64,000 nt of DNA, from the NCBI GenBank assembly GCA_028280945.1, contig JANQKV010000030.1:100275-164274 (forward strand), read 5' to 3'. Of this stretch, positions 20,745 through 29,022 are shown in pieces; position 1 is the first letter of the stretch; every line of letters starts with the position of its first letter. Made by a program: the position numbers and the translations under genes. A model generated the notes under the pieces. That model made no database searches. It was given only the letters and a program-made list of their open reading frames with translations, and had not been told where the DNA came from. Origin of the DNA: Opitutaceae bacterium (GTDB lineage: Bacteria > Verrucomicrobiota > Verrucomicrobiia > Opitutales > Opitutaceae).

Positions 20745-21104
20745 TCACTCTGTTGGAAGAGGTAGACCTTGTGCTCTAAGAAATGTGAGTTGATCCCAAT
20801 ATCCTCGTTGTAGCTTTATCTTTGATCCTTGGAACTCGAAGAAACCGCAGCCTCTTAGACCGTTCGGATCTTTCCACTCGAGAATTCCCCAGTTTTCGTC
20901 GGAAAAGACGCTCTCAACGATGCAAACCATCTTTGCTCGTGAAAATTCGTCTCTGAACATTTTCCTTATGTTCTCCTTTCCTGACACCGGTTCCAATGCC
21001 ACTTGGTGATTCACTGCGTCTTCGTGATACATTTCCGAAAGTGCATCGTGATCTGCTCGATTAAAAAGTTCTACCCAAGTCCGGATCAGTTCTTTGGGAT
21101 TCAT
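20745..21104 (-). CDS. SnoaL-like / NTF2-fold protein (gene cassette)
   Basis: 119 aa, W..LFN..D...L...Y.EDA pattern; visibly AT-richer than neighbours; attC-like sites on both sides. Confidence 0.75.
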   Translation of the reverse strand: MNPKELIRTWVELFNRADHDALSEMYHEDAVNHQVALEPVSGKENIRKMFRDEFSRAKMVCIVESVFSDENWGILEWKDPNGLRGCGFFEFQGSKIKLQRGYWDQLTFLRAQGLPLPTE

Positions 21105-21114
21105 ATCTATATTT

Positions 21115-21188
21115 TCGAAACGATTTAGCTCAGCCGCGAGCGCCGACGCGGAGCGGCAGTGCTTGTTGGCTCGGGCGATTGGTTAGGC
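21115..21188 (-). repeat. attC-like site
   Basis: - strand: GCCTAAC, CAATC, GCCCGAGC ... GCTGAGC, TAAATC, GTTTCGA; canonical R''-5-L''...L'-6-R' spacing. Confidence 0.75.
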
Positions 21189-21355
21189 ATTTTGGGGATT
21201 ACGAGTGTTATTCGGGATGCGAGGCCTATGGAATCACGTTTCTTAATTGGGACAGAGCTGGTGATTAACTGTCTGTTTATCGTAGTTCCATTTGTGGAGA
21301 TCAAATCCGTGAGAAGATAGCACTTCTTTATAACTGAGTGCTGACTGCTGGGCGC
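21125..21355 (-). pseudogene. 5'-truncated cassette ORF remnant reading into the attC site
   Basis: Stop-free AT-rich frame with no start codon, ending ...LVIPKMPNQSPEPTSTAAPRRRSRLS*. Confidence 0.45.
21334..21354. repeat. 7-nt-period short tandem array
   Basis: CTGAGTG CTGACTG CTGGGCG immediately after the menG stop. Confidence 0.5.
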
Positions 21356-22057
21356 TCAGTTCGCTTTGTGTCCGCCATGCAGTGCCACAATGCCACCGGT
21401 GAGTCGCTGCACGGACACCGACGCAAAACCGGCGGTTTTCATTTCTTCAGCGATGCCGTTGTGGGTGGGGAACTCCTCAATGGAGCCGCAAAGGTAGTCG
21501 TAGGCACTTTTGTCACCGGTAACGACCGCAGCGACCAGGGGCAGGATATGACGGAGATAGAAGTAATAGAAGGGACGCAGCCATTGTCGCGGTTGCGAAA
21601 ACTCCAGAACCCACACGCTGCCACCGGGACGCAACACCCGGTGCAGTTCCGTCAGACAGCGGTGCCGGTCCGCCATGTTGCGCAATCCGAACGAAATCGT
21701 GGCGGCGTCGAACGATGCGTCTCCACAAGGCAGGTTCAGTCCGTCGCCTTCGCGAAAGGTGATGTGCGACGATCGCGGCATGTCAGGTTGTTTTTTCTCC
21801 GCTTCGTCCAGCATGGGCCGGCAGAAATCCATGCCGGTGATCGGCGTGCCTTCCGGCAGACCTTTGGCCAGGGCGAACGCGACGTCGCCACTGCCGGTGG
21901 CCAGGTCGAGCACATCCCGGGGTGATTCCGCGGCGACCGATCGGATCAGTCGTCGTCGCCACCACAAGTCGATACCGCCGCTGAGCAAACGGTTGGCCAC
22001 GTCGTAGCGTCCCGCGATGCGGGCAAACATGGAATTGACGGCGGCAGGATCAGGCAC
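21356..22057 (-). CDS. menG: demethylmenaquinone/ubiquinone methyltransferase (UbiE/MenG)
   Basis: MFARIAGRYD, LDLATGSGD, SFGLRN, LEFS; GTG start at 22057 preferred. Confidence 0.9.
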   Translation of the reverse strand: MPDPAAVNSMFARIAGRYDVANRLLSGGIDLWWRRRLIRSVAAESPRDVLDLATGSGDVAFALAKGLPEGTPITGMDFCRPMLDEAEKKQPDMPRSSHITFREGDGLNLPCGDASFDAATISFGLRNMADRHRCLTELHRVLRPGGSVWVLEFSQPRQWLRPFYYFYLRHILPLVAAVVTGDKSAYDYLCGSIEEFPTHNGIAEEMKTAGFASVSVQRLTGGIVALHGGHKAN

Positions 22058-22067
22058 GGATGCGAAG

Positions 22068-22102
22068 AAGTAACAAGTATCAGGAATCAAGTAACAGGAG
22101 CC
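22068..22102. repeat. 7-nt-period short tandem array
   Basis: AAGTAAC AAGTATC AGGAATC AAGTAAC AGGAGCC between the clpX-like stop and the menG start. Confidence 0.7.
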
Positions 22103-22144
22103 ACCGACTCAAATCGCCGAGTCTCCTTCGCTTGCTATGGAGTA

Positions 22145-23791
22145 TCATCGCTGGCGCTCGGTGGGCGGTTCCGGTTTTGTAACCTCGGTAGGGTTGTTGG
22201 ACTCGGTGGGCGTCTCACTGCGGAAACGATCCACGACCCAACGGGAGAGGGCCTTTTCGGGGTCGGCCACAACCTCCGCGTTGATCTCGAAGCTTTTTTC
22301 GGGATCATCCTTCGCAAGCAGAATCAAGCCATGATGGAAGTTGCGGAAACGCTCCTCACAGAGCGCCCGAATGGTCTTGTCGAGATCGAGGCTGCTCTCG
22401 ATCAATGAGGTGACTGCGTCTTCGGTGAATTCCAGCTTGAAGCGGTAACTTTCCTGGAAGCGATCGGCAAACGCCTGCACCTCGGCCCGCAAAACCTCCC
22501 GTTGATCGGAAGCGTTGGCCTCAAGCAGTTCGCGCAAGGTCCGGCCGGGTTCGCTCACGGTGTCGGCATCGATTTTGAAGGAACGGATGGCGGTGGAGGG
22601 GAGTTCGAATTTGAAGTCCCGGAACACCTCCTCGAGCACGGTCATCAGACCGCGGGCACCTGTATTCTGTTTTTGGGCACGTTCCGCCACCTCGGTGATC
22701 GCGTCGGAGGTGATATCGAAGTCGATGTTGTAGCCGGCAAAGTCGGCCCGGTATTGTTGGAGAATGCTGCCTTCACTGGTGGTGAGGATCTGTTCCAAAT
22801 CGCCAGCGGTGAGGGACTGGCAGGCGACGCGGACGGGGAGGCGTCCCACAAATTCGGGTTCCATGCCGTAGTCGATGATGTCACGGGATTGGGCGTGTCG
22901 CAGGAAATCGCTGTCGGGCCGGTCGTCGTCTTCCGAATTGGCGGCAAAACCAATGGATGCACTCTGCACGCGTTTTTTGACGGAGGCCGCCAGCCGGTCA
23001 AATGCCCCTGAGACAATAAAGAGAATGTGCCGGGTGTTGATCGTGCGTTTGCGGGGTTTGCCTCCGCGTTGCATGTCGAACATGGCCTGCATCTGGGAAG
23101 CGATGTCGTTTTGGCTCGTGAGCGAAACGTCGGTTTCCTCCATTAATTTGAGCAGGTTGATCTGCACGCCCCGGCCGGAAACATCGCGTCCACCCGCTCC
23201 GGTCGAGGACTGGGCGATCTTGTCGATTTCGTCGATGTAGATGATGCCGTATTGCGCGAGCTCGACGTCGCCGTTGGCGGTTTTCACGAGGTCACGCACA
23301 AGATCCTCCACATCACCCCCAACGTAGCCGGTTTCGGAAAATTTGGTTGCATCGGCCCGCACAAAGGGCACGCCGATCAGCCGCGCGATACAGCGCATCA
23401 GGTAGGTTTTGCCGACGCCGGTTGGGCCCAGAAGCAGGATGTTCTGCTTGGCGTAGTCCTGCCCGCGCAGCGCTTCATTTTCCAAACACTGCCGAACGTG
23501 GTTGTAGTGGTCGCAGATGGCGACGGAGAGGACCTTCTTCGCCTCGTTCTGTTGGATCACAAATCGGTCCAGATGATCGCGGATCTCGCGGGGCTTGAGA
23601 TTGAAGGTGCGGATTTTTTCCAGGGTTTCATTGCGCTCCTTGTCGGTAGAATCCTCTGGCGTGGAGGGAGATCCCGAGCTGGCCGGAGTGGCCCCGGATG
23701 CAAACGCATTGGCGAAAGGTCCGGATCGCAGTAAATCCTGAAATTGCTTAGGTAGTTGATCGATAGGATCTTGTGGAGGTTTGTCGCTCAT
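22145..23791 (-). CDS. ClpX-like AAA+ ATPase without zinc-binding domain, with C-terminal extension
   Basis: GPTGVGKT Walker A, YIDEIDKI Walker B, RDVSGRGVQ, IGF loop, GRLP, GARGL; no CxxC N-domain. Confidence 0.88.
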   Translation of the reverse strand: MSDKPPQDPIDQLPKQFQDLLRSGPFANAFASGATPASSGSPSTPEDSTDKERNETLEKIRTFNLKPREIRDHLDRFVIQQNEAKKVLSVAICDHYNHVRQCLENEALRGQDYAKQNILLLGPTGVGKTYLMRCIARLIGVPFVRADATKFSETGYVGGDVEDLVRDLVKTANGDVELAQYGIIYIDEIDKIAQSSTGAGGRDVSGRGVQINLLKLMEETDVSLTSQNDIASQMQAMFDMQRGGKPRKRTINTRHILFIVSGAFDRLAASVKKRVQSASIGFAANSEDDDRPDSDFLRHAQSRDIIDYGMEPEFVGRLPVRVACQSLTAGDLEQILTTSEGSILQQYRADFAGYNIDFDITSDAITEVAERAQKQNTGARGLMTVLEEVFRDFKFELPSTAIRSFKIDADTVSEPGRTLRELLEANASDQREVLRAEVQAFADRFQESYRFKLEFTEDAVTSLIESSLDLDKTIRALCEERFRNFHHGLILLAKDDPEKSFEINAEVVADPEKALSRWVVDRFRSETPTESNNPTEVTKPEPPTERQR

Positions 23792-23890
23792 TAAAAATCG
23801 TGAAAAATCAGTGGATGGGATTGACCGGGGTGCTTTGTTGGAACTAACTTAAATCTATAACCTGACGTAACTTCTAAAGGATCGAATCAA

Positions 23891-24211
23891 ATGCCCTCGA
23901 ATCTACCCAATCTCACCAAGCGTGAAATCGTGCTGCAAATCTACGAAAAAACCGGTTTCCCGCAAAAAGAGGTCGTTTCGACCGTCCAAATGACTCTGGA
24001 CATCATCATGGCGGCCTTGGCAGAGGGTCGCAACGTGGAGCTGAGGAATTTCGGAGTGCTCGAGGTGCAGCGCCGCAAGTCCCGCATCGGCCGCAACCCG
24101 AACAAGCCCGCCGCCGAGGTGGTCATTCCGGAGCGCGCGGTGGTGAAGTTCAAGTCCGGCAAGATCCTGAAGCAGAAGCTCAAGAACTTGGATATCGAGA
24201 CCATCAACTGA
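23891..24211 (+). CDS. HU/IHF family DNA-binding protein
   Basis: LRNFGVLEV..RKSRIGRNP...IP..VVKFKSGK. Confidence 0.93.
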   Translation: MPSNLPNLTKREIVLQIYEKTGFPQKEVVSTVQMTLDIIMAALAEGRNVELRNFGVLEVQRRKSRIGRNPNKPAAEVVIPERAVVKFKSGKILKQKLKNLDIETIN

Positions 24212-24244
24212 GTCTGCCGGCGTTCAACCGCCATCTGACTTTCC

Positions 24245-24270
24245 GCCGGATCTTCGGATCCGGCTTTTTT
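24245..24270 (+). terminator. intrinsic terminator after the HU gene
   Basis: GCCGGATC-TTCG-GATCCGGC-TTTTTT. Confidence 0.9.
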
Positions 24271-24296
24271 ATGCCCGGGAGGCGCGATCGGGTGAA

Positions 24297-24368
24297 TGGG
24301 GTCAATCCGCAAAGTAACTTCAGCCTGCCAAGCAGGCCTATGTTCACACTTTTTGCGGCATGACCCCA
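24297..24368. other. 72-nt imperfect palindrome upstream of hisS
   Basis: TGGGGTCA/TGACCCCA ends, CCGCAAAG/CTTTTTGCGG middle, GCCTGC-CAA-GCAGGC inner stem. Confidence 0.55.
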
Positions 24369-24590
24369 CACTTCTTCGCTTCGCAATAATTCAGCCGCCT
24401 GTCGGCCACGTGGCCTTGCTGATCTTCTCTGGGCGCTCTGTGTCGATACCGCACTGTTCCTTCTCTTTGTTTCCTTCTGTAATCCAATCAGTGGAGTGTT
24501 GGTTGACTGCTGAGATCGGGCCCCTGACCGCTTTCCGTCTTCAGATTTCGCTTGGCGCGGCGTGAGGCGCGGCACCAACGTTTTGCTTCC

Positions 24591-25901
24591 ATGGCATCGT
24601 TCAAATCACTGCCCGGCTTCCGCGACTTCTATCCCGAGGATCTCATCCCTCGCACGCATCTGTTTCGCCAGTGGCGCCGGGCCGCGCATGCCTACGGTTT
24701 TCAGGAATACGATGCACCCGTCCTGGAATCGCTTGATCTCTACAAGGCCAAGTCGGGCGACGAGATTGAAGGCCAGCTTTTTAATTTCACCGACAAGGGC
24801 GACCGCGAGGTGGCGCTACGTCCGGAGATGACACCCACGGTCTGCCGCATGGTTGGCGCCAAGGCCAACGCCCTCAAGCGACCGATCAAGTGGTTCAGTA
24901 TTGCCGAGTTCTTTCGCTACGAGCGCATGCAGAAAGGCCGGGGACGCTGCTTCGCCCAGTTTAACGCCGACATCTTTGGCGAGGCGGGGCCGGAGGCGGA
25001 GATCGAATTGGTCGGCCTGCTGGTGCAATGCCTGCGTGGTCTTGGCCTGACGGCGGAGGACTTTTATGTGCGTCTCAGCGACCGCAACCTCTGGTTCTAC
25101 TATCTGGGAGCCCTCGGTTTGGACGAGATCCAGACCAAGGATATGCTGGCCGCGATCGACAAGTTCGAGCGATTGGGCGAGGACGCATTCAAGATCTACA
25201 CCGATGCCCACGGGGAGTTGAGCGATGAGGTGCGCACCAAGGTGCTCGCATTGCTCGCCATCAAGTCGCTGGCGGATCTCGAGGCGTTGGTGGATGGGCT
25301 TGCTTCGGAGGATCTCACGGCACGCCTGACGGATTGGCGGCAATTACTCGACGGACTGACAGCGATGGGGCTGGCCGACTTCGTCAGTGTGGACCTCGGC
25401 GTGGTGCGTGGCCTGGCCTACTATACGGGTTTCGTCTTCGAAGCCTTCGACCGAAAGGGTGACTTGCGGGCACTGGCCGGCGGCGGACGCTACAATGACC
25501 TGGTGGGCAAACTGGGTGGGCCGGATTTGCCCGCGGTGGGTTTTGCCATCGGCGACATGACCATGGAGTTGCTCCTGCGCCAACGTGGACTGTTGCCGGA
25601 GATTCTCAGTCAGCCCGACGTGTATGTTGTGGTGGGTGGCAGCGACGAGCGTTTGGCGGCCTTTGGTGATATCGCCGAGCTTCGCAGTTTTGGCTATCGG
25701 GTGGACTACCCGATGAAGGACTTGGGCTTCGGCAAACAGTTCAAGAATGCCACCGAGAGCGGGGCGAAGCTTGCGCTCATCTACGGAAGTGACGAGTTGG
25801 CCAAGGGTGTGGTTAAACTGCGCGACCTGGCCAAGCGAGAAGAAGTTGAGATCCCGCGCGATCAGGTCACTGCGGCTGTCGCGGATTTTCTCAGTGGATA
25901 G
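24591..25901 (+). CDS. hisS: histidine--tRNA ligase
   Basis: LRPEMTP, FRYERMQKGR, RGLAYYTG, GGGRY; C-terminal anticodon-binding domain. Confidence 0.95.
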   Translation: MASFKSLPGFRDFYPEDLIPRTHLFRQWRRAAHAYGFQEYDAPVLESLDLYKAKSGDEIEGQLFNFTDKGDREVALRPEMTPTVCRMVGAKANALKRPIKWFSIAEFFRYERMQKGRGRCFAQFNADIFGEAGPEAEIELVGLLVQCLRGLGLTAEDFYVRLSDRNLWFYYLGALGLDEIQTKDMLAAIDKFERLGEDAFKIYTDAHGELSDEVRTKVLALLAIKSLADLEALVDGLASEDLTARLTDWRQLLDGLTAMGLADFVSVDLGVVRGLAYYTGFVFEAFDRKGDLRALAGGGRYNDLVGKLGGPDLPAVGFAIGDMTMELLLRQRGLLPEILSQPDVYVVVGGSDERLAAFGDIAELRSFGYRVDYPMKDLGFGKQFKNATESGAKLALIYGSDELAKGVVKLRDLAKREEVEIPRDQVTAAVADFLSG

Positions 25902-25911
25902 GGCAGGGTGA

Positions 25912-26295
25912 ATGGAGCCTTTGCGCTACATCTGGTTGGCAGAACCACTTGCGGTTTGCCGGATGCCGTCCACCGCGGCGGTGCCGGGCTGGCTGCCTGC
26001 CGAGGGCTTCACGACCGTGAGCCGCACGGCGGACGAGCTTTCCATCGTCTGCTCCGAAGCCGCGGTTCCGGCCGGTGTGCAGGTCGAACCTGGTTGGCGG
26101 GCGCTGCGGGTGTTGGGTCCCTTGTCGTTTGATGCGGTTGGTGTGCTGAATCAAATCACGGGTCCCTTGGCGAGCGCCGGGATTCCCATCATCGCGATCG
26201 GCACATTCGACACCGACTACGTGTTGGTGCGGTCGTCCGATCAGATCCGCGCCGACGAAGCGTTGCAGGCGGTTGGATTGGTATCGTTGGGCTGA
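25912..26295 (+). CDS. tandem ACT-domain protein (CASTOR/ACT_7-like)
   Basis: SRTADELSIVC, GPLSFDAVGVL, GTFDTDYVLV. Confidence 0.85.
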   Translation: MEPLRYIWLAEPLAVCRMPSTAAVPGWLPAEGFTTVSRTADELSIVCSEAAVPAGVQVEPGWRALRVLGPLSFDAVGVLNQITGPLASAGIPIIAIGTFDTDYVLVRSSDQIRADEALQAVGLVSLG

Positions 26296-26347
26296 GGCAG
26301 CGGTTGATTCGTATTCTCTGAATACGATCTCGCGGAGTGCTTCGCAC

Positions 26348-26968
26348 TCACCGTTCGGTGGCTCCCTTACCAGCGATGATTTTACCACGAAACTTCTCTA
26401 TTCTGGCCCTTCGGGTGACAGATTTCTTCGCCGAGTTGAGGTTGATTACATAACTTCTCTGACGTCCCGGAGTGAGAAGCTGAAAGGCTTCATTTAACTC
26501 GGAATCCGCCTGCAGGGCTTCGGATAACTCATCCGGCAGTTCGAGCTGGTATTCTTCCTTTGGCGGTCTGAGCCCGGCGTCCGCATAGCCCATGGCTTCC
26601 TCCAAATAGGCTGCGATGACCGGTCTCAATTCCACGACCTGGCTGTTTTTCGTAAAACGAATCATGTCGGGGTGCCGGGTATTTGGACCCTGCTTTTCAA
26701 GGATGCCCGCCGGGTCCTTCATCAAGGCGGCGTCAAAGAAACTCAGACGAAAATCGGCCCGAAATGCTCCCATGATCGCGATATTGCGACCACCATGTGA
26801 GTAACACGGATGTCCCCATTTGACCGCCTCGGAAAGTTCTGCCCCCCGGCAGATTTCGCGCAGCTCGGCCAAGCCTTGGATCCATTGACGCGTAGAGCAA
26901 TCCTCGGTCGCGAATCGCTCACAGCGCCCACAACCCTTGGCGAAGTAATCCTCTATTTTAGTAATCAA
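26348..26968 (-). CDS. YdeI/OmpD-associated family protein
   Basis: LSEAVKWGHPCY, RLSFF, AFQLLTPGRQRSY, TRRARIEK; TTG start. Confidence 0.85.
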   Translation of the reverse strand: MITKIEDYFAKGCGRCERFATEDCSTRQWIQGLAELREICRGAELSEAVKWGHPCYSHGGRNIAIMGAFRADFRLSFFDAALMKDPAGILEKQGPNTRHPDMIRFTKNSQVVELRPVIAAYLEEAMGYADAGLRPPKEEYQLELPDELSEALQADSELNEAFQLLTPGRQRSYVINLNSAKKSVTRRARIEKFRGKIIAGKGATER

Positions 26969-27041
26969 CGCGAGAGAATGAGTTGCATACTCCTTGTCTG
27001 AGCCGGCCGGTTCGACTGAATTGCACGTCGCTTTGTTTTGC

Positions 27042-27464
27042 TCACGGGACTGACTTTTTCGCAGTTAGCCAACCGGTGAGGACGAACAACGGCGCTTGAA
27101 ACAGTAGATACAGACTGAAAATGAACCGCTGCCTCAGGCGAAGGTGCACCCAAGTTTCTCCCTCTTTTCGGGTGATCCAATACACGTAGATTCTGTCAGG
27201 CTCTCCATCGATCCCCATGATTTTCAGATGCAACTCTTGATCAGGTATGAGCTTGGTGAGCTTTGCTTCAACCGGCCGACCACTCATGATCCAAGCTCCT
27301 TCGAGCGAAGAACCTTCAGCAGGCGGGGGATTGACGAGTTTGATCGCTAGTCCGGGAAGTCCAGAACTCTTTCCTGGCGAGGCGCCTACAAAGTCCATGA
27401 GGTTGCGCCAGTAGTCTTCCAATGATCCGGTGACTCTCTTCTTTGCTCGGGCGTCAGCATACAT
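27042..27464 (-). CDS. cassette protein, possibly SRPBCC-like
   Basis: 140-aa ORF starting 20 nt after R' GTTGGCA; its own downstream attC not found; fold call weak. Confidence 0.5.
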   Translation of the reverse strand: MYADARAKKRVTGSLEDYWRNLMDFVGASPGKSSGLPGLAIKLVNPPPAEGSSLEGAWIMSGRPVEAKLTKLIPDQELHLKIMGIDGEPDRIYVYWITRKEGETWVHLRLRQRFIFSLYLLFQAPLFVLTGWLTAKKSVP

Positions 27465-27483
27465 AACGGTGAACTCCGGATTG

Positions 27484-27600
27484 TGCCAACGTTAGAGGCG
27501 AGGCACGGCGGCTAGCGACTGTGAAATCATGATCGGATTCACTGTGGGTGACGCGACAACGGCGGCTCTGGCTAATGTTGTCTCTAACGGTTGGTTAGCC
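27484..27600 (-). repeat. attC-like site
   Basis: GGCTAAC (contains the toxin stop), CAACC, GTTAGAGA ... CCTCGCC, TCTAAC, GTTGGCA; 117 nt. Confidence 0.75.
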
Positions 27601-27903
27601 TCTTTCACTCAGTTCCTTTCTGATCCACGCCGGGTAACGCCGCATATCCAAGATGGCGGCGACGCGGATAATCTCGTCAGTGACGTCATAGTAGATGGCA
27701 AAAGGGAAACGCCGGGATAGGGCCCGGTGAAATCCGAAGTGAATCGAATGGATCCCACCGTAGAGTCGAAGCGACTCCAGATCGGAAATCAGGCTATCGA
27801 TGAAATAGCGACCGATGCCGAGTTGTCTTTCGTCGTAAAAGGCACGACCCGCCTCCAAATCTCCGGCGGCCTCCTCAAGGACAATGACCTCCCGGCTCCG
27901 CAT
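27595..27903 (-). CDS. type II toxin, RelE/ParE family
   Basis: A..DL.....FY.....G.G..F...RALSRRFPFAIYY...V.AILDMRR.P; coupled to the antitoxin stop. Confidence 0.85.
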   Translation of the reverse strand: MRSREVIVLEEAAGDLEAGRAFYDERQLGIGRYFIDSLISDLESLRLYGGIHSIHFGFHRALSRRFPFAIYYDVTDEIIRVAAILDMRRYPAWIRKELSERG

Positions 27904-28106
27904 CAACGGAACTGGTCGCGAATTTGGTCGAGCGTGTAGAAATGGGCTTCGGAGGAATTCATCCGCTTACGCCGCTGCTCCAAGACATCACGATGCCAAC
28001 TGGGTGAAGCTGGCTCCTGTCCCTCGTGGCAGAGTGCGTCCCAAAGCTGTTCCATGGCGGAGAGGCGTTCACTGGTGGACATCTTCTTAATCTCTGCGGT
28101 GCTCAT
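27903..28106 (-). CDS. addiction-module antitoxin component
   Basis: MS..ERL..ME.LWD.L....SP.WH..VL..R pattern directly upstream of the ParE-like toxin. Confidence 0.85.
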   Translation of the reverse strand: MSTAEIKKMSTSERLSAMEQLWDALCHEGQEPASPSWHRDVLEQRRKRMNSSEAHFYTLDQIRDQFR

Positions 28107-28141
28107 GACAGCAAATGTGGGGAAATCCGACGGTTTCGCAA
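28107..28141 (-). promoter_or_regulatory. putative internal promoter of the TA cassette (leaderless)
   Basis: - strand: TTGCGA, 16 nt, CACATT, 7 nt, ATG. Confidence 0.45.
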
Positions 28142-28154
28142 GCGGGTGGTTTCT

Positions 28155-28271
28155 GGCTATAGTTAGAGGCGAGGCACGGTGGCCAGCGAATGTGAAATCA
28201 AGACCACATTCAGGACGAGTGACCCGACAAAGACGGCCCCGGCCGACTTTGTCTCTAGCGGTTGGTTAGAG
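28155..28271 (-). repeat. attC-like site with mutated R'
   Basis: CTCTAAC (contains the CdiI-like stop), CAACC, GCTAGAGA ... CCTCGCC, TCTAAC, TATAGCC; 117 nt; 38/42 identical to the 27484 site over the R'-proximal arm. Confidence 0.75.
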
Positions 28272-28541
28272 TCTTCTTTCTGCATGGTTAACTGCCTCCC
28301 GAAGCTCTCCATCAAAGAACTCCGTATCGTCATCAATCTGATCCCTGACCCTCTTCCTCGCTATCGGTAACAGATCGGCGACAGCGATATTCTGGCGGAG
28401 CAGAGTCGCTAACTCTTGGTTGTTCAGTTTGGTGATCGGCTTGGCCCAAGCCCGCTTACACCTCTCGATTAAGCCAGAATCGAAATCAGAATCCTCCCAG
28501 GGCCCTTCGATGTCAGCGACTGTGCGATGCGCGTGCTCCAT
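28266..28541 (-). CDS. CdiI-like immunity protein (orphan)
   Basis: T..DIEG.W...DFDS.L...C.....KP...L....L..LLRQ.I....LLP.A...D.EFFDGEL resembles CDI immunity proteins; recognised by pattern only. Confidence 0.6.
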   Translation of the reverse strand: MEHAHRTVADIEGPWEDSDFDSGLIERCKRAWAKPITKLNNQELATLLRQNIAVADLLPIARKRVRDQIDDDTEFFDGELREAVNHAERRL

Positions 28542-28544
28542 TAC

Positions 28545-28663
28545 TTCTAACGATTTAGATGAAACGCGGCTGCGTTTGAGTATAGGTTAAACGTGAATCC
28601 GCCGGAGTGGCGTCTGATGAAAAAGGTAACGGAGCAGCCGTTGTCTCGACTGGCTGGTTGGAC
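28545..28663 (-). repeat. attC-like site (second sequence type)
   Basis: GTCCAAC, CAGCC, AGTCGAGA, CAACGGCTGC ... GCAGCCGCG, TTTCATC, TAAATC, GTTAGAA; 119 nt; same TAAATCGTT end as the 21115 site. Confidence 0.7.
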
Positions 28664-29013
28664 TCTTCTTCCAGCTCTTTTTGACGCTCCTCCAAACGAT
28701 CCAAAAATTCATCTAGACTCACAGCATCCTTGTTCCACTTCAGCTCACCGGAAGACTCCACTGTAATGCTGTAGGACGGCTCTGAAGCGAAAACCCAAGA
28801 TAGAACTAGCACAGCGAAGGGGAACAAAAGTGCGGCATAACCGAGCCTGAGACTGTGCTTCGAAATCACTGGGATGCAGAGCAGGCAGGCGAGGAGACTG
28901 ACGAGACTCAACCAGTTCAAAGGTTCAAAACTCGCGAGAGGCTCGGACAACAGCTGGGCGATCGAACTCAATCCGAGCAAGAGATAAGGGATCACTAGCA
29001 GTCGTTTGTTCAT
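28555..29013 (-). CDS. cassette membrane protein, about 3 TM helices plus possible ExbD-like segment
   Basis: Hydrophobic N-half; YSITVESSGELKWNKDAVSLDEFLDRL; last ~36 codons lie inside the attC site. Confidence 0.5.
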   Translation of the reverse strand: MNKRLLVIPYLLLGLSSIAQLLSEPLASFEPLNWLSLVSLLACLLCIPVISKHSLRLGYAALLFPFAVLVLSWVFASEPSYSITVESSGELKWNKDAVSLDEFLDRLEERQKELEEESNQPVETTAAPLPFSSDATPADSRLTYTQTQPRFI

Positions 29014-29022
29014 TTAACGCAC

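Noticed and set aside
24204-24590. ORFs or a His-leader attenuator upstream of hisS
   Set aside because: No His-codon run, no terminator just before hisS, and the ORFs have no recognisable features.
26969-27070. attC closing the 27042-27464 cassette
   Set aside because: The expected TGCCAAC is absent. The GGCTAAC inside the gene end has no L boxes or partner R', so the cassette looks truncated.
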